DNA from: Planctomycetota bacterium
GTDB lineage: Bacteria > Planctomycetota > B15-G4 > SIAN01
Reading direction: 5' to 3'
Assembly: GCA_028289345.1 (NCBI GenBank)
Contig: JANQQL010000018.1
Coordinates: forward strand, 86,030 to 150,029
DNA: 64,000 nt
The translations under genes were made by a program, and so were the position numbers. The notes under the pieces are model-generated. The model was given only the letters and a program-made list of their open reading frames with translations, had not been told where the DNA came from and did not search any database. This document shows positions 58,556 to 64,000 of this stretch, piece after piece. The number at the start of each line of letters is the position of its first letter. The first letter of the stretch is position 1.

Positions 58556-59518
58556 CTATGGAACCAAGGTCAACGGCACCGTGTCACTGGAAAACTCTGC
58601 CTTCCCCGTCAGATCATCGAACACGACGAACGCGTGATAGAACGTGACCCCGTCATTTTCCGAACCCACAGAGGGCAAAACGAAACTGCAGGCCCCCTGC
58701 CCGCTAGCATCCAGGGTGTCGCGAGAATTGGGAAGAATCGCGGTGTTGGCAAACTCGAGAGTAAACAAGAAATAGACGTCGAAGTTGAGTGGGATCGAAA
58801 CCCCTTGAAGGACGAGCCCTGGATTGGTTCCCAAAGAACCCAACAACCAGTAGCTGTCCCCAGCATGCTTCGCACCGGCATCCAGGCTGAACGACTGGCT
58901 GCCGCCCTCCGACCACGGAATCGTCAAGGTGTCGGCGACGAGAGCCTCTTTGTCGACCTGGGTATCGAGACGAATGGCATCCAGGCTGTGGTTCTCGGCC
59001 AACGCAGTGTAGCGAATGGTGTAGGACGTGATCTCGTCAGGGACGCTTGAAAGGTCCCACTCGAACATCCACTCGAGGTTTGCGGTGAGTTCCGTGGCGG
59101 TAGGAGCCAAAGCGACTCCTCCTGGGTATGTGAGTGAAACCGTCGCATTGTTGATCCCGACACCGAGGTAGCGAACCTGATACGTCACCTTGACCAGGTC
59201 GCCATCGACCGTATCGCTCATCACGAACGTGGAGGGCCCAGCAGGATTGTAGATATTGCAGGTCGAGGTGAGGATCGCACCGGGAACCGACTGGGTGATC
59301 GATGCGTCGTTGGAATTCGACCCCAGTTCATCCGGAGTATTCGGGCCGGAAAACGCGCTTGTGAATTGATCCCAACCGCTGAACTCTGCGCCCGTGCAAT
59401 TTCGATAGGATGGAACTTGCGCGTTGAGCCAAACCGCTCCCGAACCGGCGCGCACATTCGCCCCACCGCCGATCAAAACCCCGGTAATCGTCAACAACCA
59501 AACCTTCCGTGTGAACAT
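58556..59518 (-). CDS. Secreted hypothetical protein
   Basis: Start ATG 59518 with AAGGAGA 5 nt upstream. Signal peptide MFTRKVWLLTITGVLIGGGANVRAG. The track ORF extends upstream, but the internal start is supported by the RBS and by coupling to the upstream ORF. Confidence 0.55.
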   Translation of the reverse strand: MFTRKVWLLTITGVLIGGGANVRAGSGAVWLNAQVPSYRNCTGAEFSGWDQFTSAFSGPNTPDELGSNSNDASITQSVPGAILTSTCNIYNPAGPSTFVMSDTVDGDLVKVTYQVRYLGVGINNATVSLTYPGGVALAPTATELTANLEWMFEWDLSSVPDEITSYTIRYTALAENHSLDAIRLDTQVDKEALVADTLTIPWSEGGSQSFSLDAGAKHAGDSYWLLGSLGTNPGLVLQGVSIPLNFDVYFLFTLEFANTAILPNSRDTLDASGQGACSFVLPSVGSENDGVTFYHAFVVFDDLTGKAEFSSDTVPLTLVP

Positions 59519-60060
59519 CACTTCTCCTTTCCACTGCCTTCTTGATTCGTTGAACCCTGGTCCCTGGTGGTGCCAAGAAAGGAGCTGTCCCCCACAACTC
59601 CGCGCTGAAATGCTGAGTCGAGCGGCAAATCGAACGCCAGTCGCTGCAGTCCGCGCAACACGACGAGACCGGAAAGATAAGTTCTCACTTGATCGAGATC
59701 GGTACGAGCACTGCTGGCCACGGCCCAAACCAGTCCACCAACTCGACTCCCGCCCTTTCGAACGATCTCACTGACGCGCCCGAAGAGCTGGGCTGCCGCT
59801 TCCAACTCCACTTCCTCGACGAGATCGCCGTAGCAGAAACGCAGCCTCGACTCGACCCGTTCGGCGACCTTTCGATTCTCACGGCACAGTCGGTGGGCGT
59901 TCGCAAACACCGCATAATGAATGGCAATCTCGAAACTGGTGCATTCACTCTGGATTCGAGATGGGTCTGTGAGCAGAGCTATTTCGTGGCGGTCAAATGC
60001 CAGCGCCAAGATCAGAAACAGCGAGTGACAATCGAGCTCTTGGAGCGGTGTTTGGTTCAC
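59518..60060 (-). CDS. Hypothetical protein (translationally coupled, TGATG overlap with downstream gene)
   Basis: Stop TGA overlaps the ATG of the 58556..59518 gene by 1 nt. 180 aa with no recognisable domain. Antisense alternatives are Arg-rich shadows. Confidence 0.35.
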   Translation of the reverse strand: MNQTPLQELDCHSLFLILALAFDRHEIALLTDPSRIQSECTSFEIAIHYAVFANAHRLCRENRKVAERVESRLRFCYGDLVEEVELEAAAQLFGRVSEIVRKGGSRVGGLVWAVASSARTDLDQVRTYLSGLVVLRGLQRLAFDLPLDSAFQRGVVGDSSFLGTTRDQGSTNQEGSGKEK

Positions 60061-60821
60061 TTCTGGACTCCCGAAGTCACTTTGAGTCGAAAGGCGGACG
60101 GTTTGTGAAGAGCTCTTGTTCGAATCCTTCGCCGAAGTGCAACAAGCATGAACAAGGCTTCGGTGGAGCCGCAGATGACAGCGTGCTCCTCGACGGTCCA
60201 GAGAGGAACCCCGTCCACCCCTCTCAAGAGTTCCAAGTCAAGTTCGATCGAATCGTCGTTCGCGGAACGGTTCGTCCGGCTCCATTGGTCCAGCCGCTTG
60301 GGACAGGTCAGGGGTCGAAGTACCAGAAGAGCACCGAACAACGACAAACTGGATTGTTCCCACCACTGCTCCGTGCGGAGCACGAATCGCGAGCAGACGC
60401 CGTCATCCCCCACTCCGAAGTTCGACAACCGAGTTCGACAACTCAGGATGGTCGAACCACGGAACGCTCCCGGCGGAATCAACCGTCGGAGAGCCCCCGC
60501 CGAGGCCAGCTGGTCGAGGGACCTCTGCTTGCCACTCCAGCCCCCGGCGAGGATCCGCCCAATCTGGCGCTCCAACAACAGCTGGACGAAGATCAGCTCC
60601 TGACAGAAAACCGCGTGATCACCGCGATTCGCTCGCCCAGCAGCGGCGCCAATCTCTTCGGCGAGAGATCGGCGAGCGGCGGCGGTTTCGAGCTGGATGC
60701 GGCTCGCGATGGTGCCCAAGGGCCGCAAATTTGAGCCGCGAAATGCTTCAAACTGGGCCAGACGACCGCGTCCGTCGCAGCGAAAAGCCCTCCCCCTCTG
60801 CGAGACGACCATTCCAGGCAT
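60057..60821 (-). CDS. Hypothetical protein (first gene of a 3-gene coupled operon)
   Basis: 4-nt overlap with the next ORF. 254 aa with no recognisable domain. Confidence 0.3.
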   Translation of the reverse strand: MPGMVVSQRGRAFRCDGRGRLAQFEAFRGSNLRPLGTIASRIQLETAAARRSLAEEIGAAAGRANRGDHAVFCQELIFVQLLLERQIGRILAGGWSGKQRSLDQLASAGALRRLIPPGAFRGSTILSCRTRLSNFGVGDDGVCSRFVLRTEQWWEQSSLSLFGALLVLRPLTCPKRLDQWSRTNRSANDDSIELDLELLRGVDGVPLWTVEEHAVICGSTEALFMLVALRRRIRTRALHKPSAFRLKVTSGVQK

Positions 60822-61118
60822 TCCGAGTATTTCTCCGATCGCTTTCTACGACACAATTGAGACCGAGTCTCGATATCATCGAAAAGTGGAGCAACGATCA
60901 AGAGCAAAAAGGCTCAGGTACGGGAGATTTCACCGACGGCGTTCTCTGCTGCGAAACCCGCTCAGGCGCCCTCAGGCTTGCCTTCACAGCAAAATTGTCT
61001 TGACGAGTTGAAGCCTTTAACTACTTTGCGACTCATTCTCAGTTTCATCGTGCCGCGCGGGGACAGGGGGAAGCTTCCTCGCGGTCTCACTTCCCAATTC
61101 TCGAGGAGATCCGTACCC

Positions 61119-62810
61119 ATGGACCGCGTGTTCAAACGCACCATCCCCGCTCTGATCTTGCTGGCGGCAAGCGGGATCACTCAGGCCGACAACCGGGACG
61201 CCTCACGTCGAGGCATTCTGATGGGAGAGCCTCTCAACGCTTCGAGTCCTTTCGAAATCACACTGCGATCCACCGAAGTCGGGTCCACGGCGGTTCTGAT
61301 GACGAGCATCGGGCTCGGCCCCCACTTCATTGCGAGCGGTGTCCCGTTCCAGCTGGACATCGGCGCCGTCCCATTGACCACGGGTTCCATCGGCACCGAT
61401 GGAAAGATGGTCTACAGCGCAACCGCGCCCGCTTTGGCCGGCACAACCTTCTACTTGCAAGCCCTGATCTCCGGCAGCATGGGAGAAACGATTGTATCCA
61501 ACCTTGTGACTGCGGTTGTCGATGCCACGGACACCGTGGCCTTCACCGATCGGTCTTCCGCTCTTCCATTTCCACACGCCACGACCTTTGGAGGCGATGT
61601 GGACACCGCAGATGTGGATGGCGATGGCTTGCAAGACATCGCTGTTTCGCACGGGAACGGAGTGCTCCTTTCCATGAACAGGGGCAACGGTCGCTACCGA
61701 GAGCAGAGCACCTGGCGGCTGCGTGATCTTTATCAGGTCGATCGTTTTCAGACCGTGAGTGGCGGCGCTTCCAACAACGGCCCTCGTCCGGTGTCCGTCA
61801 TTGAGTTCGGTGACATCGACAACGATGGCGACATGGACTTGTTTGTCGGTGGCGGCGAGGGAACGGACATCCCGGTCACGAACAAGCTGCTCGAGAATGT
61901 CGGCGGTACCTTCCGGCTGATCAAGGGCTTCCCCGGAGGCAGGGGCCTCTGCACGGACGCGAAGTTCGGTGATTTCGACAACGATGGTGACCTGGACCTG
62001 CTCCTCGCAAACGGACAGGACAGTTCCCACTCCTCGGAAGACCCGGATCCGGACGCACTCCTCATCAATCAAGGCGGACTCCAAGGAGGCAAGCTCGGAA
62101 GGTTCTTCGAGGATGAGTTGTTTCGTACCGCTCCCTTCAACAGCTCCGTGACAAGCACCACCGGGATCGCTGTCGGTGACATTGACGACGATGGCGACCT
62201 CGACATTTTCCTCTGCACCAACGACTTTGCGGGCTCTGGATCACCCAATCTGTTGCTACGCAACAACGGTTTGCTGAGTTTCACGGACATCTCTTCGACC
62301 AACCTTCTCGCGGTGGACTCCGATGACAACTGTGCCGACGCCGAGTTGGCTGATCTCGATGCAGATGGGGACCTGGACTTGATTCTGGCCCAAACGCTGT
62401 TCTCCGCGGGGGGTGCCACGCTCTACCTGAACGATGGAACCGGCTTCTTCGGAGAAGATCCGACGTTTCCCCTTCCGGAGCACAACGGCGAGAAGATTCG
62501 ATTGGGGATGGACGTCGCCGACGTGGACAACGATGGCGATCTCGATGTCGCCTACGCGGTACACATGTTGTTCGACAACTTTGGCCAGCCCGCCAGCCAA
62601 ACACTTCTCTACCTAAACCAAGGGGGTGCCCAAGGTGGCTCGATTGGCAGCTTCGCCCTCGACTCAACGTTCATGCACGCCCCGACGATCGCCGCGGACG
62701 TCACGTTCTTGGACTACGACACGGACGGAGACTTGGACTTGTATGTCATCAATTCCGGCGACCTGCTTGGAGGACCACCGGAGGACTACTTGATTCGAAA
62801 CGACCTCTAG
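61119..62810 (+). CDS. Secreted FG-GAP/VCBS repeat protein (Ca-binding DxDxDG blades)
   Basis: GAGGAG 9 nt upstream of ATG 61119. Signal peptide MDRVFKRTIPALILLAASGITQA. Six repeats of D(I/V/L)D(N/D/A/T)DGD(L/M)D(L/I/V). Confidence 0.7.
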   Translation: MDRVFKRTIPALILLAASGITQADNRDASRRGILMGEPLNASSPFEITLRSTEVGSTAVLMTSIGLGPHFIASGVPFQLDIGAVPLTTGSIGTDGKMVYSATAPALAGTTFYLQALISGSMGETIVSNLVTAVVDATDTVAFTDRSSALPFPHATTFGGDVDTADVDGDGLQDIAVSHGNGVLLSMNRGNGRYREQSTWRLRDLYQVDRFQTVSGGASNNGPRPVSVIEFGDIDNDGDMDLFVGGGEGTDIPVTNKLLENVGGTFRLIKGFPGGRGLCTDAKFGDFDNDGDLDLLLANGQDSSHSSEDPDPDALLINQGGLQGGKLGRFFEDELFRTAPFNSSVTSTTGIAVGDIDDDGDLDIFLCTNDFAGSGSPNLLLRNNGLLSFTDISSTNLLAVDSDDNCADAELADLDADGDLDLILAQTLFSAGGATLYLNDGTGFFGEDPTFPLPEHNGEKIRLGMDVADVDNDGDLDVAYAVHMLFDNFGQPASQTLLYLNQGGAQGGSIGSFALDSTFMHAPTIAADVTFLDYDTDGDLDLYVINSGDLLGGPPEDYLIRNDL

Positions 62811-62919
62811 TAGAACTCGACGCACAACAGAGTTCCGCCGATGGCGCTCCTTCCCCCGTCCTTTCGAGGACATTGTGAGTCCATCGGCGGGACTCACTTT
62901 CGAGGATAACCTGATCACG

Positions 62920-64000
62920 ATGAAACTCCCGACTCTCTGCTTGATGGCCGCCTTGGCGACGCTCTCCACCGACTCGACCATGGCCGCCGAGGCTCCTTTG
63001 TTCGCCGCGCTCCGTGAAACTTCTTGGCCCCTTCTCCCTCAGGGCATCGCGAGCTTCGGCGCGGCAGTTCAAGGTCCATGGCTGTATGTGTACGGGGGAC
63101 ACACCGGACGACCGCACACCCATTCTACCGCCAACATTTCCCCAAGCTTTCGTCGCCTGAACCTTCTCGACCGGAGCACCTTCGAAGAACTTCCGTTTGG
63201 CACGCCCATGCAAAGCGTTGCACTCGTCTCGAACGGTAAGTTCCTCTACCGAATTGGCGGAATGGAACCGAGAAACCCTCCTGGCGAAGAAGAGAGTCTT
63301 CATTCATCCGTGGAGTTCCAACGCTTCGACACAGAACAACGGACGTGGGAAGCACTCCCCGATCTTCCCGAAGCCCGCTCCTCCCATGACGCAGTTGTCA
63401 TCGACCAGAAGATCTATGTCATCGGTGGATGGACGCTTGCCGGGAGCAGGCACTCCTGGTTGCAAACCGCGTGGGTAATTGACCTTGCCCAGCCGAATCC
63501 TACTTGGGAGGAACTCCCCCCTCCCCCCTTCCGGCGACGGGCGTTGGCCGTCGGACATCAGTCGGGACGCCTCATCGCGATGGGTGGGATCACACCAGAA
63601 GGTCAAGTTTCCCAGCAGGTCGACATTTTCGACTTGGAATCTCAGACCTGGTCTCGCGGACCCGAGTTTCCGGAAGGCGCCTTTGGCGTCTCGGCGTTCG
63701 CCACCAGAGACCGGCTGTACGCCAGCGGCATGAAAGGGGTTCTCTACGGTCTGGACGAGGCCCTCCAGCGATGGGAGTCCGTGGCGACTCTCGCGTTCCC
63801 TCGGTTTTTTCATCGACTCCTGGAAACTCGGCCGGGAGAACTCGTCGCGGTGGGTGGAGCCTGTCGTGGCGGCCACACACGGGTAATCGAGTCAATCGAT
63901 CTGGAGGCCGAAGCGCCCTCCGTCGTGCGCTGGCGTATCCCATTCCCGGACACGACCCGGAGCCGTCAAGGTGTTCTCGTTTGGGGTCACCAACTCTATG
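62920..64000 (+). CDS. Secreted Kelch-repeat beta-propeller protein, paralogue of the C-terminal half of the 44032..45669 gene. 3'-truncated at window end
   Basis: Open frame from ATG 62920 to the window end. Signal peptide MKLPTLCLMAALATLS. Blades WLYVYGGH, FLYRIGGM, KIYVIGGW and RLIAMGGI align residue-for-residue with the earlier Kelch domain. Confidence 0.65.
   Translation, partial: MKLPTLCLMAALATLSTDSTMAAEAPLFAALRETSWPLLPQGIASFGAAVQGPWLYVYGGHTGRPHTHSTANISPSFRRLNLLDRSTFEELPFGTPMQSVALVSNGKFLYRIGGMEPRNPPGEEESLHSSVEFQRFDTEQRTWEALPDLPEARSSHDAVVIDQKIYVIGGWTLAGSRHSWLQTAWVIDLAQPNPTWEELPPPPFRRRALAVGHQSGRLIAMGGITPEGQVSQQVDIFDLESQTWSRGPEFPEGAFGVSAFATRDRLYASGMKGVLYGLDEALQRWESVATLAFPRFFHRLLETRPGELVAVGGACRGGHTRVIESIDLEAEAPSVVRWRIPFPDTTRSRQGVLVWGHQLY

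Noticed and set aside
1-64000. CRISPR arrays, IS elements or transposases, restriction-modification or toxin-antitoxin genes
   Set aside because: No short regularly spaced direct repeats and no transposase, integrase, methyltransferase or nuclease signatures were seen anywhere in the window.

Overview
This is a 64-kb window of a high-GC (~65%) bacterial chromosome. It is rich in secreted and repeat proteins (FG-GAP, Kelch, beta-helix, dockerin-like motif, DUF1570-like HExxH, sulfatase-like), which by inference fits a Planctomycetota-like organism. Gene density is high on both strands. Many very long ORFs in the track are Arg/Pro/Gly-rich antisense shadows of real genes and were rejected.

Main content, 5' to 3':
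- A partial HExxH gene, an FAD monooxygenase, a NUDIX-MBL fusion, a ThuA-like protein, a NupG-like MFS transporter, and a TraB/GumN protein.
- A secreted FG-GAP protein, a tail-fibre-like protein with a C-terminal peptidase-S74 intramolecular-chaperone domain, and a 1003-aa secreted HExxH protein.
- A thioredoxin-fold gene interrupted by a single in-frame TGA and followed by a perfect hairpin. I read this as a selenocysteine (UxxC) selenoprotein with a bacterial SECIS.
- A VOC protein, a PQQ beta-propeller protein, tRNA-Arg(CCG), a sulfatase-like lipoprotein, ribH-nusB-ftsY, an O-antigen-ligase-like protein, fur, a GT2 glycosyltransferase, purD, a beta-helix protein, and tRNA-Arg(TCT).
- A retropepsin-like protease and a PadR regulator.
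- A roughly 4.4-kb low-GC (~52-55%) island carrying an EamA-like membrane protein and an 832-aa tandem PhnD-like/TM/unknown-domain protein. It is flanked by a dockerin-like gene remnant.
- sdaA, then a chemotaxis operon: a cytoplasmic MCP with five tandem PAS domains, cheR, cheD, and a triple-CheW protein.
- An ABC transporter (ATP-binding protein and permease-like membrane protein), a DUF4198-Kelch fusion with an upstream promoter and a downstream terminator, and an operon of cytochrome c', DUF4404 and an APH/P-loop bifunctional kinase.
- Tandem UspA, an alginate-export porin, a TPR hybrid histidine kinase, a Gly-rich lipoprotein, a translationally coupled three-gene hypothetical operon, an FG-GAP/VCBS protein, and a second Kelch paralogue that runs off the window end.

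The strongest candidates for something new are the selenoprotein with its SECIS-like hairpin and the low-GC two-gene island.
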